64,000 nucleotides of DNA, taken from NCBI GenBank assembly GCA_963812015.1, contig CAWETI010000003.1, positions 1,120,001 through 1,184,000 of the forward strand. The letters are read 5' to 3'. The stretch is from an uncultured delta proteobacterium (lineage in GTDB: Bacteria; Desulfobacterota; Desulfobaccia; Desulfobaccales; 0-14-0-80-60-11). The position numbers and the translations under genes were made by a program. Shown piece by piece: positions 18,760 to 27,728 of this stretch. The notes under the pieces were generated by a model. That model searched no databases and had not been told where the DNA came from. It worked only from the letters and a program-made list of their open reading frames with translations. Position 1 is the first letter of the stretch. Every line of letters begins with the position of its first letter.

Positions 18760-21537
18760 TTATTGGCCATCGCCAAAAACCACCAGTGGGGCCCAATAGA
18801 ACGGATGGCGGTATTTATCGCCTTTCTCGCCCCGGAGCAGGGCCAGTTTGATTTCTCGCAGGGCAGCAGCCCGGCCTAATTTTTGGCTGAGATAGCGATA
18901 GGTGCCCACGTTTAGCTCTTTGGCGGATTGCGATTCAACCGACCACAGGGTGACGCAAACCGCCGGGGTTCCGGAATACATGAAGGCCCGGGTCAGGCCC
19001 ATCACCCCTTCGCCCTTGACTTCGACGCCCCGCCCGGTGTTGCAGGCGGACAGGGATACCAGATCGGCATTGAGCTGGAGACCAAAAACGTCCGCCATGG
19101 TCAGGTAGCCGTCTTTTTCCGGGTAAGACAGGACCAAGGCCGGTTGCACGATGCGATCCACTTCTCCCGGCAGGATACCATGGCAGGCGAAGACCAGATA
19201 CCGATAATCCCGAAGTTTAACCGCCTGGTTCAGACTGAGAACCGTGCTCCGGGAGGCGGCCTCTTTGACGAGCAGGGGGTTGCTTTGCTCCGGAGCATGG
19301 AGCAGCTCCTTGATGGCCTGGGCCTCGCCTTCGGTTTCCGGCAATTCCGGAAAAGTCCCCCCGGCGATCTCGCGATAGGCGCGAGTCTGCAAACCGCTGA
19401 TAGATTTATCATCCCCCTGGTTTTCGGGGCATTCCTCATAACGCGGGTTGGCAAAGGCCAAGAGGGGATAGGAAGGTCGGGCCTGCCTCCGGGCCTGGAC
19501 TTCCCGCAGAGTTTTGAGCAGCGAGGCTGAGGACAGGTAAGCGATGGGATAATCTTCCACCAGATAGCGGAGGGGCTGGCCGGGGGCTTGGGTTTCGAGG
19601 GCCTCAAAAGGGAGAGAATACAAGGGGCCCGTGGGAATGATATAGAGGGTGCTGCCGGGGGCCAGACTCGCTCGAATGGAGGCGGGAACGAGCAAGGGGT
19701 ACATCTCTTGCCGGAGTTTATCCCGCTCTTCCGGGCTGGCGCCCTGGCGCATCTTCCCTCCCTCATCTTTGGTTTTCAAAACCGTGCTCCGGTAGGCTGC
19801 AATCTTCCGGCTCAGGTCCTCCTCCCCGATGGGCAGCGTCTCCAGCCGGAAGACCTCTTTACCGATTACCCAGAGGCAGGTCTTATCTTGCATGACGCCA
19901 TAAATCAGCAGGACCTCCCCCGGTTGCAGCACCTGGGTCTGCAGTTCCTCCGGCTTGGCGGGTTGGGGATATTTCAGGGCATAGTAGTCGGGGTATTTGG
20001 TTTGGAGTTCGCCTTTCAGGGTCTGGAGGGCCTCTCTCGTCTGCTGTAATTCGGTTTCCAGGATTTGTAGGCGCTGCGGGTCCGGCTGGGGTTGCGACCG
20101 TTCTTTTACCAGGGTGACCTGGACCTCGTCCAGGCGATTTTCCAGCGCGGTTTCCTGGCTTTTCACCTGCTCGGGGAGGCCGGCGAATTCACGGGCGCCG
20201 CTCTGGCCCATCTCCTCCAGAAAGAGACGTCCTTGCTTGCGCTCAAAGATCTCGAGGGCATCCCGGTCATAGCCTTTCGTTGGATCCTGTTCATGCAAAG
20301 ACCTTAACAGCTCGATTAATTCGTCATAGACAAAAAGCTTATTCTTTATGTAGGTGGACTTGCTTTGCTTGTTGCCCAACCCGGCCCGCAGGCCTTCGAT
20401 GGTGCCCAGGGCCTGCCGGTAATGCTCGATGGCTTCGCCATAGCTTGCCAGATTAGCTTCGACCTGGCCCAGGGCACGCTGCACCCGCCAGAGGTTTTCC
20501 GGATGGCCTACCTCAAGGGAGATCTTCAGGCTCTCCTGCAAGGTCTTGAGGGCCTGGTCATGCTGACCTAACTTATCATAGAGCAAGCCCAGGCTGGTCA
20601 GATCCCCCCCCTCGTCAAGGCGATCCTTGATCTCCCGATAAATGGTCAGGGCTTGCTGGTGACATTCCAGGGCCCGTTCATACTGACATAAGGCATAGTA
20701 CACCTCGCCCAGGTCGGTCAGAGCCTGCCCCTGGCCCCGGCGAGTCTTGATCTTCCGGTGGATGGCCAGGGCCTGCTGGTAACATTCCAGGGCCCGTTCA
20801 TACTGACCCAGGTCATAGTAAACTTCCCCCAGGTTGATCAGTTCATTTCCCTCAAACCGGAGGTCCTTGGTCTGCCGGTGGATGTCCAGGGCCTGCTGAT
20901 GGCACTCCAGGGCCTGGTCATACTGACCTAAGCGATAATATTCAACACCCAGATTCCCCAGAGCCTGCCCCTGGCCCCGGCGATCCTTGGTCTGCCGGTG
21001 GGTGTCCAGGGCCTTCTGGTTAAACTCCAAAGCCTGATCATACTGACCTAAGTTCCAGGAGACCAGACCTAAGTTGCCCAGGGCATAGCCCTCACCCCGG
21101 AGGTCCTTGATTTCCCGGTAGATGTCCAGGGCCTGCTGGTGATGCTTTAGGGCCTGGTCATACTGATTTAGGTGACGATAGGCCACCCCCTGATTATTCC
21201 GATCATTGCCCTCGCCCCGGAGGTCCTTGATTTGCCGGTGGAGGTCCAGGGCCTGCTGGTGATACTCCAAAGCCCGGCCATACTGCCCTAAAGCATCATA
21301 GGCCAGCCCCAGGTTGCCTAAAAAATCGGCGCTGGCTTGCTGGTTTTTGGCTTTTTTAGCCAGATCCAATCCCTGTTGCCATTTGACCAGGGCCTGGTGA
21401 TAATTGGCGCCATCGTAGGCCCGTTGGCCTGCCTTCGCCAGCCGATTCATATCGGCCTTGTCAGCCCAAGCGACCTGACAAAAACCAAGCACGCAGACAA
21501 CCCAGAGTAACGCTCCTATAGTCCATCGTAAATCCAT
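18760..21537 (-). CDS. Exported TPR-repeat CHAT-domain (caspase-like) protease
   Basis: Signal peptide (..GFCQVAWA), 40-aa TPR repeats, IIPTGPLYSLPFEAL, catalytic FACHG and LSACNTG, TLWSV, HPFYWAP; start chosen at the ATG after a GAGGG RBS (ORF open to 21678). Confidence 0.9.
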   Translation of the reverse strand: MDLRWTIGALLWVVCVLGFCQVAWADKADMNRLAKAGQRAYDGANYHQALVKWQQGLDLAKKAKNQQASADFLGNLGLAYDALGQYGRALEYHQQALDLHRQIKDLRGEGNDRNNQGVAYRHLNQYDQALKHHQQALDIYREIKDLRGEGYALGNLGLVSWNLGQYDQALEFNQKALDTHRQTKDRRGQGQALGNLGVEYYRLGQYDQALECHQQALDIHRQTKDLRFEGNELINLGEVYYDLGQYERALECYQQALAIHRKIKTRRGQGQALTDLGEVYYALCQYERALECHQQALTIYREIKDRLDEGGDLTSLGLLYDKLGQHDQALKTLQESLKISLEVGHPENLWRVQRALGQVEANLASYGEAIEHYRQALGTIEGLRAGLGNKQSKSTYIKNKLFVYDELIELLRSLHEQDPTKGYDRDALEIFERKQGRLFLEEMGQSGAREFAGLPEQVKSQETALENRLDEVQVTLVKERSQPQPDPQRLQILETELQQTREALQTLKGELQTKYPDYYALKYPQPAKPEELQTQVLQPGEVLLIYGVMQDKTCLWVIGKEVFRLETLPIGEEDLSRKIAAYRSTVLKTKDEGGKMRQGASPEERDKLRQEMYPLLVPASIRASLAPGSTLYIIPTGPLYSLPFEALETQAPGQPLRYLVEDYPIAYLSSASLLKTLREVQARRQARPSYPLLAFANPRYEECPENQGDDKSISGLQTRAYREIAGGTFPELPETEGEAQAIKELLHAPEQSNPLLVKEAASRSTVLSLNQAVKLRDYRYLVFACHGILPGEVDRIVQPALVLSYPEKDGYLTMADVFGLQLNADLVSLSACNTGRGVEVKGEGVMGLTRAFMYSGTPAVCVTLWSVESQSAKELNVGTYRYLSQKLGRAAALREIKLALLRGEKGDKYRHPFYWAPLVVFGDGQ
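20530..21330 (-). repeat. 120-bp tandem repeats (~7 units) encoding 40-aa TPRs
   Basis: ccagggcctgctg-like motif recurs at about 20645, 20765, 20885, 21005, 21125 and 21245. Confidence 0.85.
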
Positions 21538-21649
21538 GGTCATCCCTCGTGCATGGAACAGTAGCCCTAGGCCCCTCGACCGACAACCACGTACGGGTCC
21601 TCTTTCAGGAGACCTATGACGGCGTCGCGGATGGTTCCCCCAAACGCCT

Positions 21650-22771
21650 TCATGCAGAGTACGGCTCGGCTCGGACAATCCGTTGATTAATTATCGGTTC
21701 GAGGTATTTTTCGATTAACCCCTTCTTGGCCTGACACCATTCGCTCTTATGGCGGAACGATCCCCCGGCGAACCACCCATCCAAGGGGCAGCCGCCGTGG
21801 CAGATATCCCAGAAACGACATCCCTTGCACGCCGTTTCCGGAAGGACCACAAGGCGGCGCCGGAGGGCCTCCCTCTGGGGATCCGCAAAAATCTGAGAGA
21901 ACGATTTTTCGTGGATCGAGCCATAATCCAGCAGCCCACAATCGGCCGAGCGGCCGCAAAGGGACGCACTGCCATCCGGCAGCACCGCCAGATGGCTGTC
22001 CGCGCAGGCGCCCGCGTCGGTGCAGATCAAATACTTGCGATCCCCAACCAGGTTTTCTGTGAGAGAAAAAAACGGCTCGATGCGCCCGAACTCATGGCGA
22101 TGCCGCCACCACACGGGGAATATGGTCCCCAGGAACTCTGCATACTGGTTCGGCGTAATTTTGATGTGGTCCAGTCCGCAGCCGTGCACGAGGACCGGGT
22201 TAAACATGAGCCCTCGTTTGGGTGACAGATTGGTGAGGAAATTGAATATCTCCAACGGCTTCGCCAGAGATCGCTGCGTCACCACATAGATCACTCCCCA
22301 AGTAAACCCTTCGTCCTCCAGGAGGCAGATTGCGTCCAGGAAACGTTGATTATACGTTTTCCAATCCCGGTTTTTCCCCAGGCCGCGCGTGTTGCCGATG
22401 GGGTCGTAGCTCGTGCCGATGTGCGTGACCCCCAGTTTTCTCATGGGATCAAGGAATTCCCTGGAGAGCAGGGTGAGGTTACTCTGGATTGAGTGCCGGA
22501 TGCGGCTGACGGTGCCTGAGCAATGTTTTTCCTGATAGTGAAGAGCCCTGGCGAAATAGCGGGGGCCGAGGAGAAGAGGCTCCCCACCGTGCCAGATGAT
22601 CTCCAGGTCTTCCTGGGGCCGTTCGAGCAGGAACTCGTTGACGCGCCGGAACAATAATTCCAGGGTCTTGAAGGTCATGTGCTTCGGACCACGGGTCTTC
22701 TTCTTAACGACCTCGCAGTATATGCACCTCGAATTGCAGGCCTCCGTGGGTTTGAAGATCAAGGTTGCCAT
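21650..22771 (-). CDS. Radical SAM/SPASM domain enzyme (anSME/peptide-maturase-like)
   Basis: KPTEACNSRCIYC, WHGGEPLL, SPASM cysteines C..AGAC...DG..SLCG...CKGCRFWDICHGGCP...WC. Confidence 0.9.
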   Translation of the reverse strand: MATLIFKPTEACNSRCIYCEVVKKKTRGPKHMTFKTLELLFRRVNEFLLERPQEDLEIIWHGGEPLLLGPRYFARALHYQEKHCSGTVSRIRHSIQSNLTLLSREFLDPMRKLGVTHIGTSYDPIGNTRGLGKNRDWKTYNQRFLDAICLLEDEGFTWGVIYVVTQRSLAKPLEIFNFLTNLSPKRGLMFNPVLVHGCGLDHIKITPNQYAEFLGTIFPVWWRHRHEFGRIEPFFSLTENLVGDRKYLICTDAGACADSHLAVLPDGSASLCGRSADCGLLDYGSIHEKSFSQIFADPQREALRRRLVVLPETACKGCRFWDICHGGCPLDGWFAGGSFRHKSEWCQAKKGLIEKYLEPIINQRIVRAEPYSA

Positions 22772-23628
22772 ATACGGCGTTCCTCCTGGGCAACCTGCAA
22801 AGCCAGGCGCTGGCGAATCAGATCAATCAGGTCCATGAAAAATTCGGAACATCCGGGCTTCCGGGTGAGGTCATCCGAGAATTTCCCATGACAAATCTTC
22901 CAGCCGGCACAGGAGGCACAGGGATGGTTGTCGGCGAAGTAATGTTTCCACGATTGCAGCCGCTCCCGGATCGGCGGAAATTCCTCCGGCGTGCCGATTT
23001 CACTAAGGCGGTGGGCCACGAACCGCTTCTCGTCCAATTCCGCCTGGGAAAGGGCGACACGGCCAGCTTCGTCGAGATGCAGGAAATACCGGGGATCATC
23101 AAAGGTGACGCGGCCCCAGTCGATGTACTGGGAAGAATGGTAGTTTGCCGCCATGAAGACAAAAGGCTCGATGGCGGCGTGGGGCACCCGTCCCAGGAGA
23201 GCGTAGGTCGCTAAATCGGCCAGGGATTCCCAATCCGTCCTGCCAGGCCTGAAATCAGCGCAACAATGTATGCCTACTGACGACAAGATCCTTAAACTTG
23301 CAAGGTTGTCGGGGTGGTCGCAAGGGAGATAGACTCGTAGGCTGAGATTACGCAGCCTGTCAAGATGCTTCGCCAGGTGGCGGAAATGCCCTAGCGAAGG
23401 GGCCATGACCGCCAGGGGGATGCCTTGGCGGTGGTCATCGAGTTCAATGTCGGCCAGGGGACGATCCGATTCCACGATAACACCATTAAGGGTGTTGCCG
23501 GACTTCCAGACTTTTTCCACGCCTGGCCCGATGTGATCGCAACTCTTCAGCCTCAGGGTCACAGAGAACCCCGTGAAACTCTGCAGCAAACTATCGCTAC
23601 CTGGGCAGACGATGGTTGGAAATCCCAT
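22759..23628 (-). CDS. Degenerate radical-SAM-like protein retaining only a C-terminal SPASM-type Cys cluster
   Basis: No CxxxCxxC; C-terminal CASCAGWKICHG...GC; overlaps both neighbouring genes. Confidence 0.65.
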   Translation of the reverse strand: MGFPTIVCPGSDSLLQSFTGFSVTLRLKSCDHIGPGVEKVWKSGNTLNGVIVESDRPLADIELDDHRQGIPLAVMAPSLGHFRHLAKHLDRLRNLSLRVYLPCDHPDNLASLRILSSVGIHCCADFRPGRTDWESLADLATYALLGRVPHAAIEPFVFMAANYHSSQYIDWGRVTFDDPRYFLHLDEAGRVALSQAELDEKRFVAHRLSEIGTPEEFPPIRERLQSWKHYFADNHPCASCAGWKICHGKFSDDLTRKPGCSEFFMDLIDLIRQRLALQVAQEERRIWQP

Positions 23629-24628
23629 CCTCGCCCCCCGCATGCCTTATGGGCGCCTCGTCGATGACGCCACCGACGATCTGGCACAACCCCCCGCCGC
23701 CGCACCCTCCATCCTCCTGGGAACGGCAGCCATCGCATTCTTCGAAGCTGCCGGCGATCTCCGCCTTGATTGCGTCGCGCAGCCGCGCAAAATGTCTGTC
23801 GATCTGCTCCATGGTATCGAACTCGAACAGGGACTTTCTTTGATAATCGGCGAGAGGCAGGCAGTGATACACGGTCATGTCCGGCGATATGGAGAGGGCC
23901 GGCCCGCACCCGAAAGGGGCATGACCCCTGGAGCGGTGTAGCCATCCGAGTTCTGCATCGCTGAACCTGCACAGGGGAAATCCGCAGCCGAGGCGCAAGC
24001 GGACGCGATGGGCATCGAAAAGATGACGGTGGGAATAGAGTCGCTCAACGACCCGCCTCATATCCTGGGCAGGGATGAACCCGTCCTGACTGCCGGGGAC
24101 AGGATGGGCTAGGCCGAGACGCATGTTCCGCTTCAGGTGGAAACGGCTTAGGTAATCGAACAGGAAATCAAGGGTAAAATCCAGCCGCTGGATGTCGAAG
24201 GCCGCTTGCGTCCATGGTCCCATGACCGTGAGGAAACCCTGCAATCTTGCCGTTGCTTGCGGCGCAGCCGGGGTTTGAACCGGGTCATTCAGGTTGCATA
24301 CCCAATTGAGCCGCTCGATGGGCACCTCAGCGAGATGACGCTCGAACGCTTCGAGGCGGGACGGGCTCAGCATCCCATCGGTGAAAACCGTCACGTCGAA
24401 ACCACGATGGAGCAGGTAGAGGATGAAGTCGATGCAGTGCGGGTGAACCGTCGACTCGCCTCCCGAGAGGGATACCCGCCGGTGGCCAGACGCCCAGAGA
24501 AAATCCGCAATGTAGATGAGATTCTCCCAGGACAACGACTGGCTGCCGGGGGCCACTGGCATCTCGTTCCTGGCGGAGCAAGGGGGGCAATAGCGGTGGC
24601 AGGGTGAGGTCAGCAGTATGTTCGCCAT
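23597..24628 (-). CDS. Radical SAM protein with SPASM-like C-terminus (divergent motifs)
   Basis: NILLTSPCHRYCPPC (CxxxCxxC), SLSGGEST, CGFPLC, CGP..SPDMTVYHC, CDGC...CGGGGLC; GGAG RBS. Confidence 0.8.
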   Translation of the reverse strand: MANILLTSPCHRYCPPCSARNEMPVAPGSQSLSWENLIYIADFLWASGHRRVSLSGGESTVHPHCIDFILYLLHRGFDVTVFTDGMLSPSRLEAFERHLAEVPIERLNWVCNLNDPVQTPAAPQATARLQGFLTVMGPWTQAAFDIQRLDFTLDFLFDYLSRFHLKRNMRLGLAHPVPGSQDGFIPAQDMRRVVERLYSHRHLFDAHRVRLRLGCGFPLCRFSDAELGWLHRSRGHAPFGCGPALSISPDMTVYHCLPLADYQRKSLFEFDTMEQIDRHFARLRDAIKAEIAGSFEECDGCRSQEDGGCGGGGLCQIVGGVIDEAPIRHAGGEDGISNHRLPR

Positions 24629-24758
24629 GGTCGTCGTCTCCGATGGCACACATCACCTTATTACGGGACGGCCAACGAGGCGTTCCCGACGGAGGAGCCG
24701 AACCATAACTACCTGCACTAGGAGGTATAGTGTTTCAGATACTGTAAGTGCTCTACTA

Positions 24759-24959
24759 TTACTTTGGCGCTGAATCGCCGTATTGCTCCTTTACTATATC
24801 GGAGTAGGGGCTCTTCTTCGCCGGGCAGATAATCCCTGCGACGACTACGATGCCTACACCCGCGAGACCGGCGGCGATCCGTTTCATGGCCGCACGCCTG
24901 GTCAGAAATTCATCCTGCGTGGCTGCCGGTGAATCTTTGCTGTGCTCTTTCTTGGACAT
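24759..24959 (-). CDS. Small Tat-signal-like peptide with YxD motifs; putative RiPP precursor
   Basis: AAGGAGG RBS; TRRAAMK followed by a hydrophobic stretch, then PYSD...QYGD; first gene of the radical SAM operon. Confidence 0.7.
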   Translation of the reverse strand: MSKKEHSKDSPAATQDEFLTRRAAMKRIAAGLAGVGIVVVAGIICPAKKSPYSDIVKEQYGDSAPK

Positions 24960-25010
24960 GGTTGTTCCTCCTTTTAGCTATCTCTGGAAGGCGGAATTCT
25001 TATGAGATGT

Positions 25011-25039
25011 TTGATAGCATAAGCTTTTTTGAAAATCAA
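25011..25039 (-). promoter_or_regulatory. Putative sigma70 promoter of the peptide/radical SAM operon
   Basis: Minus strand TTGATT-17 bp-TATCAA with a TG extension. Confidence 0.4.
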
Positions 25040-25508
25040 TAATTTACTTCCAAAGGAGGACACGGCCAGGTGGATGCGTCGGGCCCGGCCGGGTGTACAA
25101 GAGAAGCTGACCGGTCAGAGAGCTAAAGAATTTGATTACCAGGCCGCGGCCCGGGAAAGAACCCAAGGCCCGAGCCCGGACCAGGCGCAGCGCCTCAAAT
25201 CTTATCCTTTTTCGCATTAAGTCATTATCTCCATTATTTTTATTAGAGATGGATGCGGTTCCCGGTTAGCCAAGGCGGGTTTCATGGGCATGGGGGAATA
25301 TCGCCTCCCTAAGACCCTTAGGGGAACAAAATGGCGCCTCGGCGGACTCGGAAGGCGAAATTTAAATTAACCAATGTGCAATTCAGCGTTAATTGGTATA
25401 ATAACCTTATGTCAGGAATGTTTGATGAGAGAGGCGCGGGAGAAAAGCCTGGCGACCGGCGGTTTAGGGCATACTAGTTGAGATTAATAAAAAGTGAAGG
25501 TGTTAAGC

Positions 25509-25871
25509 ATGAACAGGATTGCCGTGACGAGTGAAGGTCCCTCACTGGACGATCAGGTCGACCCGCGCTTCGGCAGGGCCGCCGGCTTCGTGGTCGTGGA
25601 CCTGGAAACCATGGATACCCAATACATTGATAATGGCCAGTCCCAGGCGATGGCTCAGGGGGCCGGTATCCAGGCCACGGAGCTGGTGGCCCGGGCCGGT
25701 GTGAGCTGTCTGCTCACCGGTTACGTCGGTCCCAAGGCCTTTCAGGCCCTTTCTGCCGTCGGCATCAAGGTGGGGCAGAACCTGGAGGGGCTGACCGTAC
25801 GCGACGCCGTGGAGCGGTTCAAGCGCGACCAAGTCGAAATAGCTCAAGCAGCCAACCGGGCCGGACGATGA
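25509..25871 (+). CDS. NifB/NifX-family protein, orange protein (ORP)-like
   Basis: IAVTSEGP.LD..VDPRFGRAAGFVVVD, GAGIQA, LTGYVGPKAFQAL; resembles the Desulfovibrio orange protein as I recall it. Confidence 0.85.
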   Translation: MNRIAVTSEGPSLDDQVDPRFGRAAGFVVVDLETMDTQYIDNGQSQAMAQGAGIQATELVARAGVSCLLTGYVGPKAFQALSAVGIKVGQNLEGLTVRDAVERFKRDQVEIAQAANRAGR

Positions 25872-26746
25872 TCGTTGCCGTGGCAAGTGGCAAGGGCGGC
25901 ACCGGCAAGACCACGGTGGCCGCTTCCCTGGCCGCTATTTGGGATGGACCGGTGACAGGCGTGGACCTTGATGTGGAAGAGCCCAACCTGCATCTCTTTC
26001 TCCATCCGGCCATTGCCGGGAGCGAAATGGCCCAGATGACGGTGCCGACGTTGGCAGAGTCAAAATGCACTTACTGCGGCGCCTGCTCGGAGCTTTGCCA
26101 GTTTAAGGCCATTAGTGTAATGGGCCGGCTGATTTTAATCTTTCCCGAGATGTGTCACGGCTGCGGGGGCTGTATCGCCGTGTGCCCTGAAAAGGCGCTC
26201 TCGGCCGGAAAGCGGGAGCTTGGAGAAATCAGCTGGGGCCGGGCCGGCGGCGCGGGTTTTCTTGCCGGACGGCTGCGCATCGGCGAGGCCATGAGCCCGC
26301 CCCTGATGCGCCGGGTGAAGGCCAGGCTGGATCAGATGCTGGCACATGGCGGGGATGCCATCATCGACGCGCCGCCGGGGGTGAGTTGCCCGGCGGTCAA
26401 TGCGGTGATGGACAGCGAGGTGATTCTTCTGGTTACCGAGCCCACTCCCTTCGGCGTCTATGACTTTAAGCTCGCCTGGGAAGCCTTTACGCCACTGGAA
26501 AAACCCATGGGGGCCGTGATAAATCGGGCCGGACTGGGCAATGATGCCATTTACCGGTTCTGTCAGGAGAAGGGGCTGCCGATTCTGGCCGAGATCCCTT
26601 ACGACCGGGCCATCGCCGAGGCCTATGCGCGGGGCAGGATCATCGCGGACCTAAGCCCCGGGTTCAAGGAGACCTTTGTCACTCTGCGGGATAAGATTCG
26701 CGGCCTGGCGAAACCCGGCCGGTCCCGGGAGGCCGCCCATGCGTGA
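25868..26746 (+). CDS. MinD/CobQ-like P-loop ATPase with inserted 2x[4Fe-4S] ferredoxin domain
   Basis: SGKGGTGKTT, DLDVEEPN, CTYCGAC..C, CHGCGGC..CP, DAPPGVSCP, TEPTPFG. Confidence 0.9.
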   Translation: MIVAVASGKGGTGKTTVAASLAAIWDGPVTGVDLDVEEPNLHLFLHPAIAGSEMAQMTVPTLAESKCTYCGACSELCQFKAISVMGRLILIFPEMCHGCGGCIAVCPEKALSAGKRELGEISWGRAGGAGFLAGRLRIGEAMSPPLMRRVKARLDQMLAHGGDAIIDAPPGVSCPAVNAVMDSEVILLVTEPTPFGVYDFKLAWEAFTPLEKPMGAVINRAGLGNDAIYRFCQEKGLPILAEIPYDRAIAEAYARGRIIADLSPGFKETFVTLRDKIRGLAKPGRSREAAHA

Positions 26747-27617
26747 GATCATTATCATCAGCGGCAAGGGGGGCACGGGCAAGACCTCGCTGACCGGAGC
26801 CTTCGCCCATCTGGCCAGTAACAAGGTCATCTGCGATCTTGACGTGGACGCTCCGGATCTGCACCTGCTGGTCGAGCCGACGAAAGAACGCCTGGAGGAA
26901 TTCTTCTCGGGGCATGAGGCTCAGATCGATGGCGAAAAATGCGATGGTTGCGGTTTATGTGCCTCTCTCTGCCAGTATGGGGCGATTCGGGAGAATGGCG
27001 CAGGTTTTGCGGTTGACCCGGTGCGCTGCGAGGGCTGCAAGGTCTGCGTGGTATTTTGCCCGGCTGCGGCCATCGGGTTCCCCGAGAAACATTGTGGCCA
27101 ATGGTACGTCTCATCCACCCGCTTCGGCCCCCTGGTCCATGCCCAGCTCTTTCCGGGCGCCGAGAACTCGGGCAGGCTCGTTATGGTTCTTAAGCAACAA
27201 GCCCGGGAACTGGCCAAAGCCCGGGGCGCCGATCTGGTGTTGTGCGACGGCGCCCCAGGTATCGGCTGTGCGGTGATCAGCTCGCTGTCGGGGGCCCACC
27301 TGGCGGTGGCGGTCACGGAGCCCACGCCCTCGGGGCGACATGACCTGGAGCGGGTTGCGGCTCTCTGCCGACACTTTCAGACGGCCTTTGCGGTCATCAT
27401 TAATAAGTATGACCTCAATCCGGACGAGACCGCCCGGATCGAAGTCTTTTGCCATGGCGAGAGTTATCCGGTGCTGGCGCACCTGCCCCACGATTCGCTG
27501 GTTACCAAAGCCATGATCCAGGGTTTGGTGGTAACCGAGCTGCCCGAGTCGGATTTTAGCCGTGAGCTGGGCCAGGCCTGGAGCCGGATCGAGGCACTGG
27601 CCGGCCTGGGCCGGTAG
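26739..27617 (+). CDS. Second MinD-like P-loop ATPase with inserted ferredoxin domain
   Basis: SGKGGTGKTS, DLDVDAPDL, CDGCGLC..C, CEGCKVC..CP, ENSGRLV, DGAPGIGC. Confidence 0.9.
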   Translation: MREIIIISGKGGTGKTSLTGAFAHLASNKVICDLDVDAPDLHLLVEPTKERLEEFFSGHEAQIDGEKCDGCGLCASLCQYGAIRENGAGFAVDPVRCEGCKVCVVFCPAAAIGFPEKHCGQWYVSSTRFGPLVHAQLFPGAENSGRLVMVLKQQARELAKARGADLVLCDGAPGIGCAVISSLSGAHLAVAVTEPTPSGRHDLERVAALCRHFQTAFAVIINKYDLNPDETARIEVFCHGESYPVLAHLPHDSLVTKAMIQGLVVTELPESDFSRELGQAWSRIEALAGLGR

Positions 27618-27728
27618 GGAAGGCCGCGGACAGAGAAGATTTTAGCAAGATAGCTTGAAGAGCTGCTGACGCCAGGTTTTGCACCATTAAGGCAGGATAC
27701 ATTTAAAAGCACCTTAAGGAGAATATCA

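Noticed and set aside
20530..21330. Regularly spaced repeats as a possible CRISPR array
   Set aside because: Period is 120 bp, units are degenerate, in frame and encode TPRs; no unique spacers and no cas genes in the window.
24759..24761. Selenocysteine or pyrrolysine read-through of the precursor stop
   Set aside because: The first stop is TAA, followed by two TAG; this is not compatible with Sec/Pyl recoding.
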